Shown here piece after piece: positions 23,417 through 34,457 of a stretch of 64,000 nt of DNA. Each line of letters opens with the position of its first letter. Position 1 is the stretch's first letter. The stretch is from NCBI GenBank assembly GCA_000004985.1, contig GG738922.1, one strand, 5' to 3'. The DNA comes from Naegleria gruberi (lineage: Eukaryota). Below the pieces are notes generated by a model. That model made no database searches, had not been told where the DNA came from, and worked only from the letters and a program-made list of their open reading frames with translations. The position numbers and the translations under genes are program-made.

Positions 23417-25999
23417 ATGGGAGCAAACAGTATCACGTTTATTAGAAACAAAAAAATGCAATCATTCCTCTTCTCAAAAACCACTAAAATAGAGAATCGA
23501 TTGAATTCTCTAACTGATTTACAAAATTATCATGGCAAAATTAAAACCTTCATTAGATCAGAGGTTGATAAGAATTTGATCACTTTTCAAAAAAGCCAAA
23601 ATTGTATTACAAAATTATTACAATGCTATGAATTTGATAGTAAACCATTCATAGATGAAGAATTATTCTCTATCAATCCTAAAGATGATAGAAAATTAAC
23701 TTGTATGAAAATTATGATTCTAATATTCCACTTTGATATGATGACTAAATGTGAGAGAATGATTCGTACATTTGATCCATTCTATTGTTTTATTGAAGAT
23801 GAAGCGATTCCTCAAGTATTTGATTGTGTAAAAAGAATAACTAGTTTTGAAAATGATCCAAACTTGCAAAGTCCAGTTTGGTTTGATACTGAATTGAGTT
23901 CTTTAGAAAGGTGGCAACAATTTATTTTGCACCTTCTTATTCGAATGCAGGTGGATGTTTTGAAATGCTATACAAATATTAATTGTTTGAAACATAAGAG
24001 CTCGTACTTTGTACTGGTAATTGCAATAATACTATTGAAATACTTTTATGAAAAGAAGAGGAAATTCTTAAAGTGGAATAGTGGAGAGCTATGGGAACAA
24101 TCCAAGGCAGATTGTAAATTGTTAAATTGTCTCATAGATTATTGGTATCTATTTATTCTTTTAAAAAAGAATTCGCCACGTTTCAATATCATCGTCGAGG
24201 TTTATGGTTATGTGATTACCTGCTGTTTGTACAGCTTTGCAGAGGTGAATGAAGAGAGAGAAATTGACAAACACTCCCATAGAGTAATTCAAACTCTTTC
24301 AAATAGCTATTACTTCCTTCCTGAAGTTTATTGGAAAACTTATGTTGCACTTCTAGTTAGTGATTGTAGATGTTATCAGCATTTGAATGATAATATTACC
24401 ATTATTTCAGATACAGATTTTGGAAAGAATGTATGGGTAATCAAGTACAAATTGCTAGCTTGTATCTGTTCTTTATCAGAGTTGAGATTTATGCTTAATG
24501 ATCTTTCATTATGTGATAGAGCAAGGCACTTTATATCACTTTATCAATTGGAATTGAGAATGAAAGATTTCATAATAGAAAGTTTGAAAAGAGAAGGTGA
24601 AACCAAGTACACACAATGGAAGTTTGGTTCTATAGATACATCTCTTGCTGTTGCATCAATAGATTATTTAAATTATGTTGTTGATATTGGTGAGCATGAA
24701 GAATTTATCAGATCAGTGCTGAACCTATGGAAAGGTTATCTATTTTCAAATAAGGGATTTAGGATATGGATCAATAATACAATTGCAGGTTTTCTCGTTT
24801 CTAACGAGTGTCCTGATGATTTATTAGAAGAAATTATTAGAGCTCACCAAATTAACTTGATAGAAAACAAGAGTTATATTGCCATTCTGAAAGGGGTTGT
24901 TAAAACTTTGAATAGAGAAAATTGTAATCAAACCTTATTGGAGAGTTTCAAAGAATTAGTCATCTATTTGTTTGATTTTTATATTGAGAATGAATCAATG
25001 GATTATTTACAAACATTGAACGTTTCAAATGAGGATTTGGTGAAGATTCATCAACAGAATGTAATTAATTGTTTCAAATTAGTGGGATCCTCTTTCCAAA
25101 TCATTATGGATTGTGGAAAATTGGAAACTATTCTCTCAGAAATTAAGAAAAGGACAGAGATTATGTGGGATAATAACATCTTCAATCACAAGATGATATT
25201 CTCCTTTATTGGTATTCTTGAAGAAATTATCAAATATGTTGATTTTGATAATTTAATGGATGTGTTTAACAAGTTGAATTATAATTCATTTATTATAAGA
25301 TTAATTCATTCCATAATATTTCAACATGAAAGATGTGATGATATTAAACAATCACATAGGAGAACATTTATTGTATTCTTAATTGATAACCCAATTTTGG
25401 GAAATGAATTATTACATGACCATATATCGCCATTTATCATTAATCAATCAATGTTGGCTCTGGAATATTTGACGAATTTACAAACGATTAAGAAAGATGA
25501 TGTTAATATTGAGACATTCGAATATAATATTTGGGCTTTGAGAAGAATGGTTCAAAGTGTGGTTACTAATGGATCTAATCACATTGATTTACATCACTTA
25601 TTAGATTGCCATTTATCAAAATTTATTCCAATCATGGAAAGAATTCAAACACTAAAAGGTGAGAAAATTGAAAATCTATCTGAAACTATTCTAAGTACAT
25701 GCTTAATAATAGGTCAATCACGAATGAATATAATAGCTCCACAATTACTCAAATTCATTCATTTAATTTGCGAAATTTCATTTTCACTCTCCATGGAAAA
25801 TGATGAAGATATCTTGATATTGACTTGTATCTTGAATTTAATTGAATATTTAATTGATAATGAAATGTTAAAGATTGAAATTGGATGGCTAGAGGAATGG
25901 ATCAATGATGAACATCTAGTTGCCTTGATTCGACATTGCACAACATTTCACAAAATCCTATATAGGAGAATACATTGTAAAATATTAATCTCTCAATAG
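23417..25999 (+). CDS. Hypothetical protein, 860 aa, no recognisable domain
   Basis: Uninterrupted ORF with ATG at 23417 and the codon usage of the second compositional domain. Confidence 0.7.
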   Translation: MGANSITFIRNKKMQSFLFSKTTKIENRLNSLTDLQNYHGKIKTFIRSEVDKNLITFQKSQNCITKLLQCYEFDSKPFIDEELFSINPKDDRKLTCMKIMILIFHFDMMTKCERMIRTFDPFYCFIEDEAIPQVFDCVKRITSFENDPNLQSPVWFDTELSSLERWQQFILHLLIRMQVDVLKCYTNINCLKHKSSYFVLVIAIILLKYFYEKKRKFLKWNSGELWEQSKADCKLLNCLIDYWYLFILLKKNSPRFNIIVEVYGYVITCCLYSFAEVNEEREIDKHSHRVIQTLSNSYYFLPEVYWKTYVALLVSDCRCYQHLNDNITIISDTDFGKNVWVIKYKLLACICSLSELRFMLNDLSLCDRARHFISLYQLELRMKDFIIESLKREGETKYTQWKFGSIDTSLAVASIDYLNYVVDIGEHEEFIRSVLNLWKGYLFSNKGFRIWINNTIAGFLVSNECPDDLLEEIIRAHQINLIENKSYIAILKGVVKTLNRENCNQTLLESFKELVIYLFDFYIENESMDYLQTLNVSNEDLVKIHQQNVINCFKLVGSSFQIIMDCGKLETILSEIKKRTEIMWDNNIFNHKMIFSFIGILEEIIKYVDFDNLMDVFNKLNYNSFIIRLIHSIIFQHERCDDIKQSHRRTFIVFLIDNPILGNELLHDHISPFIINQSMLALEYLTNLQTIKKDDVNIETFEYNIWALRRMVQSVVTNGSNHIDLHHLLDCHLSKFIPIMERIQTLKGEKIENLSETILSTCLIIGQSRMNIIAPQLLKFIHLICEISFSLSMENDEDILILTCILNLIEYLIDNEMLKIEIGWLEEWINDEHLVALIRHCTTFHKILYRRIHCKILISQ

Positions 26000-26368
26000 T
26001 CCACATAATTTTCAAACAAATTCAAATTGAGATAATTGTTACAAAAAATCAAAGTTGTTGGATAACAGTAAATTCGGAATTTTCAAGTCCGCCCGATGTT
26101 ATCCAAAACAAACACCTCAATAAATATTTGAACAACCATTTCACAAAATTTTCCAACAAGCTTTTTACAAACTTGCATAAACCATTCCATCCTCAAAATC
26201 TTGCCATTATTATTTTTTCTATTCGATCCTCATGATGTCCTCTTAGTTTTAGATCGTTGGTTAGGAGATTTAAAAAGAGCGCCAACAGCAATCTTCTTTC
26301 AAAAAAACAAAATCACACAACACTCTGCATAAAAACTAACTGACCAGACCAGGAGAGTGTTGAACAAG

Positions 26369-27616
26369 ATGACAAGTCAAAAAGACCAAAAAGAACAAAA
26401 ACAAGAAGGAATGTTCGGAAGAGGTTGCATACTTTTTCTATTAACATGTTCAATAGTGTTTTATTTGTGTTTTGGTTTCTTTGTATATCATGCCATGTTT
26501 AGCTTGTCTGATAATTTCTACATTGAAGGCTATATGAAGAGTAGAAATAATACAATATTTGGATTGGAAACTTTTATAAATTGTAGTGATTGGACTCATT
26601 CAGTGAAAGAAAAACCATTCTTACAAGAATTGATTAGACATTCTAATTCTATTAAAGATAGTATCAATATTACTGATATTAAATTTAAAAGTAGAGCTAC
26701 AAGTGACATTCCATATGAATTAGAAATGAATGGTAGATTATATCAATTACCTAAAAAGAGTAAGAAACTTATTTTACTAGTTCATGGATTTAGAATGAGA
26801 CAAAATCACTATACTATCATTATTCCAATTCAAATGTTATTGAAAGCATTCCCTGATGGTGAATATGATTTCATGACTATGGAATATAGAAATCATGGTT
26901 TTTCACAAAAAGAATATCCAAGTAATCTTCTTCCAGATAAATCGTACAGTACTTATGGAAGTATAGAATATGCTGATGTTTTGGGAGCTATTACCTATGC
27001 TAGAAATCTTGGATATGAAGAAATTGGCCTATATGGTCCATCAATGGGTGGTGCTACAATTATGAATGCCTATTTGAGATCAAATTCACAAGATAATATT
27101 AGAGCTCTATTCTTGGATAGTCCTGCTTGTGATATTGAATTCACTTTACAATCTAATTTATATAGAGTTTTGGGATATGCTCTTGGTCACTCGGATAAAT
27201 TATATGTTGAATCAAAGAGAATGAAAATTGGTCAATACTTGTTGTGGCCAGCTGTCAAACTTATGGGTACAATTTTGAAAGGAAATCATCCACATGGTCC
27301 TTATCCTCCATTCCTCAATGATGCTTATCATTTATGGGTTAAAGAAGCAAAGAGTCCAAGATCATCTGACAAGTCAGTTGCTCTTCATTTTGATCATCCT
27401 GAAAGTGATATTCTCGTTCCAAAAGAAAATTCTGAAAGATGCTCAGCTCTTGCCTCCTCCATCTCAAATCTCAAGGTTACTTCATATTATGGAACAGTTA
27501 ACTCTAAAGCTGCCAAGAGAACATTCTCTGAATGTAAAGACCATTGTATCTTACCATTATCTGAGCCTGAACAATATTATGAAAGATTGGTTAAATTCTT
27601 TAAAGAAAATTTATAA
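26369..27616 (+). CDS. Membrane-anchored alpha/beta-hydrolase fold protein (GxSxG = GPSMGG)
   Basis: ORF 26357 starts at GTG; the first ATG is at 26369. There is an N-terminal hydrophobic segment ILFLLTCSIVFYLCFGFFVY, then LVHGF...GLYGPSMGG, typical of the serine hydrolase fold. Confidence 0.7.
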   Translation: MTSQKDQKEQKQEGMFGRGCILFLLTCSIVFYLCFGFFVYHAMFSLSDNFYIEGYMKSRNNTIFGLETFINCSDWTHSVKEKPFLQELIRHSNSIKDSINITDIKFKSRATSDIPYELEMNGRLYQLPKKSKKLILLVHGFRMRQNHYTIIIPIQMLLKAFPDGEYDFMTMEYRNHGFSQKEYPSNLLPDKSYSTYGSIEYADVLGAITYARNLGYEEIGLYGPSMGGATIMNAYLRSNSQDNIRALFLDSPACDIEFTLQSNLYRVLGYALGHSDKLYVESKRMKIGQYLLWPAVKLMGTILKGNHPHGPYPPFLNDAYHLWVKEAKSPRSSDKSVALHFDHPESDILVPKENSERCSALASSISNLKVTSYYGTVNSKAAKRTFSECKDHCILPLSEPEQYYERLVKFFKENL

Positions 27617-28969
27617 AACCAAGTAAAATAGATGGCTTTCATCCTTGTAAACAAAATCAAAGAGTGTTGAATGCTTGACACTCTCTCCATCTTTTGTTTC
27701 CTTTAAAATCTTGGCAAATGAATCTCTTACTCTCGGTAGTTCACTTCCTAACTTGATTAAAGATAGTAAATTCTTAGTTATTGGCTCACAAAACTCGGCA
27801 TAGTCTTTAGAGTGTGTTAATCTGTACAGTATAGAGTGTTTGTCTCGTAATAAATTAAGGCATTTACAAATGATAGGAACAGAGCTAATGACATCCCTTC
27901 TAGAGTCAGAATTATTAATGTTATGCAATAGGAATTCTTTGCTTGCTTCAAATACAAGGATTGCTGCCAAAGCTCCTGTTGAATATTGAAGAGCTGATAA
28001 CAAGTCAATCGCATGAATATCTCTTTCTGGAAGACCTTCAATATCTAAATTATCAATATGCTTTAAGCAAAATTCTATTACTCTCCCTAGTTTAGGAATT
28101 AATTCCTTTGAATACTTTTTCCCTTCGCCGTCGAGAGAAACATTCCAGATTAATAAACATGCATTTGAAATTAATGAGATTGGGTAGATCTCAAACATAT
28201 CAAGAATAGATGAGAGTGAGTTGACAATATTTAAACTGGCTGCTCTTTCTCTTCCTTTTGGGTTAACCTCACAAAGATTAGAAATTGTTCTAATGCACCA
28301 CTCGCATAAACTCTCATTAGTTGTTTGAGTTATTGTGTAAATAAGAGTATCCAGGACCTTATTGTGATCCGTCCTCTCATCATCATACGATATAATTACT
28401 TTACAACCTTCATGGCACATCGTAAATTGACACAATGCCATAGCAGCAGCTATTTTATCTCTATAGTGGGTGGTGTGTTTCAGTTTTGTTGAAGAACCTT
28501 TCATAATATCTCCAGTTACTATATGAACAAGAGGTAAAACTAGTGGTTTAAGCATTTCCTTAAAGGTTGAAATGTAAGCTAGAGTTTGTACTATTTTACT
28601 TCCCCACTCATTGATGAGAATTCTGTGGGAAACGGTCGATATGGTATTTTGAAAAGTGGATCCAAAGATATGTGCAAGTCCATCTACAATATTAAATTGT
28701 GTCATTGCTCTTGCTTTTAGATCGGGATTTGTACATGAATTATAAATTAATTTTAAGGCTTTGATCCTCTCCTCGTTGGAAAACTTATTGTCCTTCAGAA
28801 TATTAATATTCCTTTGAAGGCCTAAATAACCATAGGAATCGTAGGCAACATTTTGAGGTCTTTCATTGAATGGAATTTCCTTGTAAGGATACCGTTTAGC
28901 AAGTGCTTCATCAACTTTAAATACGGATTGATGAGAGCCTAGCGATTGCTGCACGGTTGCCCTTAACAT
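27611..28969 (-). CDS. Hypothetical ARM/HEAT-like helical repeat protein, 452 aa
   Basis: Uninterrupted ORF with ATG at 28969. Its stop overlaps the 3' end of the convergent hydrolase gene by 6 nt. Confidence 0.6.
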   Translation of the reverse strand: MLRATVQQSLGSHQSVFKVDEALAKRYPYKEIPFNERPQNVAYDSYGYLGLQRNINILKDNKFSNEERIKALKLIYNSCTNPDLKARAMTQFNIVDGLAHIFGSTFQNTISTVSHRILINEWGSKIVQTLAYISTFKEMLKPLVLPLVHIVTGDIMKGSSTKLKHTTHYRDKIAAAMALCQFTMCHEGCKVIISYDDERTDHNKVLDTLIYTITQTTNESLCEWCIRTISNLCEVNPKGRERAASLNIVNSLSSILDMFEIYPISLISNACLLIWNVSLDGEGKKYSKELIPKLGRVIEFCLKHIDNLDIEGLPERDIHAIDLLSALQYSTGALAAILVFEASKEFLLHNINNSDSRRDVISSVPIICKCLNLLRDKHSILYRLTHSKDYAEFCEPITKNLLSLIKLGSELPRVRDSFAKILKETKDGESVKHSTLFDFVYKDESHLFYLVL

Positions 28970-29158
28970 TTTTTTTAATTATTAAAAAACAACAATATCA
29001 AATTCTGGCGGGCAAAAATTTACTGTTTCATTTTGGCGGGAGAACCTCATAACCTTTAACTGGACTATTGACATTTTCAATTTTACTATTTTAGAACTAT
29101 TTACAATTAATTGAGATCAATGTTTATTGAAAATCCAATTAAAGACAAATGTCAGAAC

Positions 29159-30691
29159 CTATCTAACAGCACGGTTTGAAATATTTACAAGTGCACCATC
29201 CAATCTTTGTATCGATTTGGCGCGCAAATCATTATGATCTGATTTCTTTACAATTCCAACATTCTTATGAAGATTTCCCTTTGATAATGCAGGTTTTTTC
29301 ATTGCTTGATTCGATTGCTTATTGACTGGTTCTTGATTTACATTTTCCTTATTTGAAACCTTAATATTATTTGTATTTGAAGATTTCAATGTTGATGTCG
29401 AGGATAATGCAGGTGGTAATTGAACAGGATTGAAATCTTCATCATTGGTTGGAGTTTGTGGTGTCATGAATGGAGTGGAGCTTGTTGTGGTTGAGCATGA
29501 AATGTTAGAATTATCATTGTGTTGAGCTAGGGCATTTTGTAATGGAGATGGTGAAACGTAACCTTTCATTGTGGTTGGATTGAGTGAATTCTTTCTCTTT
29601 GGTGTTCTTAGGGTGTTGGAAGTACTTGGTAAATCTCTTTGTCTATTAATCATTAATTTTGGAGTTGTGGATTGAGTCAATTTGGTCATTGGCTTTGAAT
29701 TGTCCAAATCCAAATTGAGAATATCAATTGCATCCAATCCAAACACGTCATCATCCAAAACTAATTGAATTCCATCATCTGCCAAAATATTGAGTGCTTC
29801 TTGTCTTGTCATGATTTGTGGAGGTAGAAGATTTGATAATCTTGGTGGGGAAGGAGGTAAATCTTCCAATTCATATTCTTTCATATTCGAATGCAGATTA
29901 TTTGGATCGTATGGTTGAATTGGAGATGGTAAAACAAATACCTTCTTAATTAAATCATCATCTTCATCAAAGAGTGAATTATTTACCATAACATCATCAT
30001 CCAATTGAATATCTGTACAATCTAGTATATCTATTATATTGTGTCTTGTATTCGAAAGCACAACAATGGACTCTTTCTTATTCGAATGTTTGTCAAGTTG
30101 CAAATTTAATGGAGTCAATTCCATAAATTTGTTTAAATCTGCAAATGGTTGAAGAGATTCTCTTGTAATTGGATTTCTCTTAACAGTAGGTGATCTTGGA
30201 TCAAAGAAAATTTCATCAATGTCATCTTGTGGTTGACTCTTAGGTTTGACAGGTGCATTTTGACTTAATTGATCTAGGTCAATATTTAATTGAGGTGTTA
30301 TAAACATGTTAGCAATTAAATCTCTCTTCAATTGTTCATTATGCGGAGTAACTGGCGTAGTGCCATTTGGCCTAGAATTTGTTGCATTACCATTTTGTTT
30401 AATATTTTGTAATAGAATATCATTAATAGTATTCTTTTGTATAACATTTAAATTTCTATTGATTGCTGCTGTTGAATCCTTGTTGTGTTGTAAATCTACA
30501 ACAATGGGTCCACTATTGACGATATGGAAATCACCATTTGTATTCATTGGATATGAGGTAACCATTATATTCGAATCTAGAGTTTCGGCTTGAAATAATT
30601 GTTTCAAATTCTCTTTTGATGATTGTACCTTCTCCTTGAATGATTTACCCTTCTTCAAAGAGTTTTTAGATGAAGATTGTTTATTTCCCAT
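29159..30691 (-). CDS. Hypothetical Ser/Asn/Pro-rich protein with N-myristoylation consensus (MGNKQSS), 510 aa
   Basis: Long ORF with ATG at 30691 and low-complexity sequence. Gly2/Ser6 fits the NMT substrate rule. Confidence 0.6.
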   Translation of the reverse strand: MGNKQSSSKNSLKKGKSFKEKVQSSKENLKQLFQAETLDSNIMVTSYPMNTNGDFHIVNSGPIVVDLQHNKDSTAAINRNLNVIQKNTINDILLQNIKQNGNATNSRPNGTTPVTPHNEQLKRDLIANMFITPQLNIDLDQLSQNAPVKPKSQPQDDIDEIFFDPRSPTVKRNPITRESLQPFADLNKFMELTPLNLQLDKHSNKKESIVVLSNTRHNIIDILDCTDIQLDDDVMVNNSLFDEDDDLIKKVFVLPSPIQPYDPNNLHSNMKEYELEDLPPSPPRLSNLLPPQIMTRQEALNILADDGIQLVLDDDVFGLDAIDILNLDLDNSKPMTKLTQSTTPKLMINRQRDLPSTSNTLRTPKRKNSLNPTTMKGYVSPSPLQNALAQHNDNSNISCSTTTSSTPFMTPQTPTNDEDFNPVQLPPALSSTSTLKSSNTNNIKVSNKENVNQEPVNKQSNQAMKKPALSKGNLHKNVGIVKKSDHNDLRAKSIQRLDGALVNISNRAVR

Positions 30692-31762
30692 TCGAAAGTT
30701 CTATAATTCAGCAGTTTCTTCTTGTTGTATTAAGGAAGATATTGGAAGTTTTTTTGTGTCGGCTTTTAATTATTATTTGATGCTAAATGATTATTGTAGA
30801 AGAAACAGCTACAGTAATGTGCATCTTCCTTTCGTACCAGTTAAATTCAGTTTGACAGAGATGGACGCCTTAATTGATGACTTTTGAAGTGTATAATGAA
30901 AAGGTCTGACAAGGAGAGCCAGCAAATACAACTTTTAATAACTGCCTTTAAAGTTGTTTATTACATCTAAGAATGATGAAGATGACTTCTTTTAGCTTGT
31001 CCAGTGTAATTCATTTCCATTATCTTTGGAAGATTTGAAATTCTGTTAGAGTTATCAAAGGATAATGAGCTGAAACAATACAAATAGAATCCAAATAGTC
31101 ATCGTACGTAGGTCAAAGTAATTCTGTGAATTTGGTGCAATCATTGTCATGTTGATAATCTTCCTTAATTAAATGCACACATAACATTATTCCTTTGTTT
31201 CCAAATCATCATTCAAAATTTAATCAAAAACAATTAAATGTCTTTAGAATCATCCTTGATGGATTCCAATGCTCGTTAATTCACGGGCCAAATTAGCAAA
31301 GATTATGTAAGCAAAACCACAAATAATCAGCTTACCAAAAGACTACAAGTAAGTTCAAAGCTGTGTTTAGTATACTAACCCAACTAGCAACAAGGGATTT
31401 TTGGATATTTTAGAATCTTTTGGTATGACCTTTGCAAATTTGAAATTCCCTTGTACCATATGGACTTGAAAGATACAAGCTCTTTTGCCTATCATATCTA
31501 TCAATGTATTTTTTCAAATTTAACTCCACTGATTATTTCAGATATTTCCTATGAAAACTGTTTTGATTCTGAATTAATAACAAATAGCAAAACATTGAAA
31601 AAGTTAAGGGAATTGGATATTTCTGACATTACCATGACAAGAGACTTTTCAAAGGAAGAATTACAAAGAAATTCAACCTTTGCAAATTTGAAACCTCTTT
31701 AATTACCTAAGGAATAATGAGAAAATAATGAAATAATAATGAAAAACAATTGCCAACCTTAA

Positions 31763-32422
31763 TTATTTCAAATTTGCCAAACGAGCTCTCAATACATCAT
31801 CCTCTGCATTTGAAGAATGTGATGATGATAAATTACCCATCATCACATTGTGAGAATAACTATCACTTGGATAAACAATTGGCATTCCCATCTTTTCCCT
31901 AACAATTTGTTCCCAATCATCTTCCTCATCTTCATCGCAACATTCTGGAAAATCATCCACTGTGTACTCTTCTGATGAAGGGATCACTGAAATAGCATCA
32001 CTACTTCCTTCCATAAATTCATGAATAATTCCGTCCAACAAGTTTGGTGTATGGTTATTCGTCTTGATCAATTGAGTCAAGATTTTGTTCATTACTTGTT
32101 TCATTTCGTCACCATTCGAATAATTGATCGATTCAAATTTCAAACAATGAACCTGCAATGAAACTTTTAATTCGTGCATTTTCCTGGATAGTTTTCTCAA
32201 CTTCATGATTTGATGGGCGATGGATTTTGTTTCTGGGATTTGAAACCGATTGACTGATCGTTTTAATTGTAAGGTACTTGATGCTTCTTCTCTTTCTAAT
32301 TTTAGACATTGTCTTTCAACGAATCGAATAGTACGTTGGATATTTCGTTTGTTTGTTTTGTGCTGAACAATATCAGGATCGGGAGTATTTTGATTGAAAA
32401 TGAGTTGAACAAGTGCAGACAT
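31763..32422 (-). CDS. ESCRT-III (Snf7/CHMP)-like protein with C-terminal MIM1-like motif
   Basis: Basic helical N-half and acidic C-half ending EDDVLRARLANLK, matching the MIM1 consensus (D/E)xxLxxRLxxL(K/R). 219 aa. Confidence 0.45.
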   Translation of the reverse strand: MSALVQLIFNQNTPDPDIVQHKTNKRNIQRTIRFVERQCLKLEREEASSTLQLKRSVNRFQIPETKSIAHQIMKLRKLSRKMHELKVSLQVHCLKFESINYSNGDEMKQVMNKILTQLIKTNNHTPNLLDGIIHEFMEGSSDAISVIPSSEEYTVDDFPECCDEDEEDDWEQIVREKMGMPIVYPSDSYSHNVMMGNLSSSHSSNAEDDVLRARLANLK

Positions 32423-32471
32423 TTTTTTTGAACTTTTTTGTAATGGTTTTGTAAAAAATATTTAAAAAAAA

Positions 32472-33428
32472 ATGTCTGAACTGTTGCATCGAACCCTTTC
32501 GCACGATGCCCTGATCGACATTCTCATTTTTTGCCACGACGATTTAAAATCAGTGATGAATTTGGCATCAACTTGTACAACACTTTATGCTGCAATTACA
32601 GAATGCTCTGAACGGTTGTGGATTTACATTTTGAATAAGAAGTTCATGGGTAGTAGAAGGGAGAAGAAGGGATCCAACAAGAGGAAGAATAGAAAGCCAT
32701 TGGTAAAAGAAAAGACACTTTCGATATTGGAAAATAGTACTGGACTTTCGGATAGAAGTAAACAAATAATTTCCATAATAAGAACACAAGTAAGATTTGA
32801 AAGGAAACATCAAATTTTGAAAGGATATTATGAGGAAAGAGATTTTGCTAAATACAAATACTTTTCAAATTTGAATATTAAGGATGATTATATTTGGAAA
32901 TTGCTTAAAAGGGAAATGGTAGAATCTAAGGCAATTTACTCACCAGAAAATATAATTAAGGAGAAATTTGGAAATTCACCAATTCAACTGATTTATTTAT
33001 ACTTTAACGGTAGCATGTACACTGTGAAAGAATTCATAGATGCCATATTTAGGAAAGAAAATGCTCATCTTGAATTAAATATTCATAACAGAACCATTTC
33101 TTCATATCTTTACGATTATTGGAAAGAAAACCGCAAGTCAAAACTGGATTTCAACCAGGAGCTATCCAACTTTATACGTTACACACGTATTTGTCAAGAC
33201 ACCAACGATTCTTTATTATTTATCAAATTAATCTATTTAGAATTTCCAAATGTAATGAATGGTTCAAATCAAGAAACAGCATACGAACAAGAGAAACACA
33301 CTAAAGGAAGTTTCAAAAACACATTACTCTACTTTAAAAATTATCTTGCCAATGTGCAAGAGGCAGTGAATATTTTCGCAAAGGAGCTCTATGGAAACAA
33401 TATTGATTTAAAAGTTTACAATCGATAA
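32472..33428 (+). CDS. F-box domain protein, 318 aa
   Basis: N-terminus LSHDALIDILIFCHDDLKSVMNLASTCTTLYAAITECSERLW is F-box-like. ATG in aaaaaaaaATG context. Confidence 0.7.
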   Translation: MSELLHRTLSHDALIDILIFCHDDLKSVMNLASTCTTLYAAITECSERLWIYILNKKFMGSRREKKGSNKRKNRKPLVKEKTLSILENSTGLSDRSKQIISIIRTQVRFERKHQILKGYYEERDFAKYKYFSNLNIKDDYIWKLLKREMVESKAIYSPENIIKEKFGNSPIQLIYLYFNGSMYTVKEFIDAIFRKENAHLELNIHNRTISSYLYDYWKENRKSKLDFNQELSNFIRYTRICQDTNDSLLFIKLIYLEFPNVMNGSNQETAYEQEKHTKGSFKNTLLYFKNYLANVQEAVNIFAKELYGNNIDLKVYNR

Positions 33429-33495
33429 ATTTGTTCTAAATTAATTGGACAGAGTAACAGAGATATTGTTGTTTTATTCCTTTGAATAATACCAA

Positions 33496-34341
33496 TTAAT
33501 CAGCTTCTTCTTTTTCTCCATCCTCACCTCCTTCTTCTTCATCATCATCTCCTCCAAGTCTCAGCTCAATTGAGACACCAACAGCATGATACAAATAGGA
33601 AGCAATAAATCCAATCAAACAAGTGATGAGCATACTTCTCATAATTGTTGGATAATAATATCTAAAGAATGAAATCTTTCCATCCAAATTTCTTTCAAGA
33701 TCATCAATAAAATCCAATGTTACACTATCAATTTCACGCAACTTATCGTGAATATCCATAGCCAAATATTCCTTTGACTCTTTCAAATTTTGTAAATGAT
33801 AACCTTGAGCATCAAGTCTATATCTCAATGAATCAATAATTTCATTTGTTTTGGCATATCTGAATTCATTCTTGAGATGAGAGACCACCATTTCAACATG
33901 GAGAATATCACAACCCAAGTTTTCTAATTTAGCTTCCATGGAATCAACTTGATATTGCAAACGATTAGCCTTTTGATTAAATTGCATCTCCATGCGATCA
34001 AATTCCTTCAATTCAAACTCTAATTCATCAATTTCTTTCTTTAAATACAATTGAGAATGATCATATGAATACATGCTTTTAAGATTGTTCAATCGGGAGG
34101 TTAAGTCTTCTCTATATTGTTGATAAATCCAGAAATATCTGTGGAAGTGTAATCTATTAACATTGTTAGAATCTACAATGGATGATTTTGTTATTAATGA
34201 TACATGGAAATTTGATTGTTGTTGTTGTTGATGACGATTATTTAAAAATCTATTTTTTATGATGATATTATTGTTTGATGATGATCTAGAACTTGCCTTC
34301 ATGAGGGAAGACAAGATTTGCTTGGCGCCAAATCTTTTCAT
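33496..34341 (-). CDS. Coiled-coil protein with C-terminal transmembrane segment and acidic tail (tail-anchored type), 281 aa
   Basis: Gln-rich N-terminus, heptad-rich middle, then hydrophobic ITCLIGFIASYLYHAVGV and DDDEEEGGEDGEKEEAD. The ATG lies only 116 nt downstream of the CCT gene stop. Confidence 0.55.
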   Translation of the reverse strand: MKRFGAKQILSSLMKASSRSSSNNNIIIKNRFLNNRHQQQQQSNFHVSLITKSSIVDSNNVNRLHFHRYFWIYQQYREDLTSRLNNLKSMYSYDHSQLYLKKEIDELEFELKEFDRMEMQFNQKANRLQYQVDSMEAKLENLGCDILHVEMVVSHLKNEFRYAKTNEIIDSLRYRLDAQGYHLQNLKESKEYLAMDIHDKLREIDSVTLDFIDDLERNLDGKISFFRYYYPTIMRSMLITCLIGFIASYLYHAVGVSIELRLGGDDDEEEGGEDGEKEEAD

Positions 34342-34457
34342 TTTTTGTATTTTTAATAACTTTTGATTTTTAACAACAGTTCATCATTATGAAGAGATTG
34401 ATACATTTCGAATAACAAGTTATCTCGATTAATAATTAAATAGGTTTTTATAATAAT

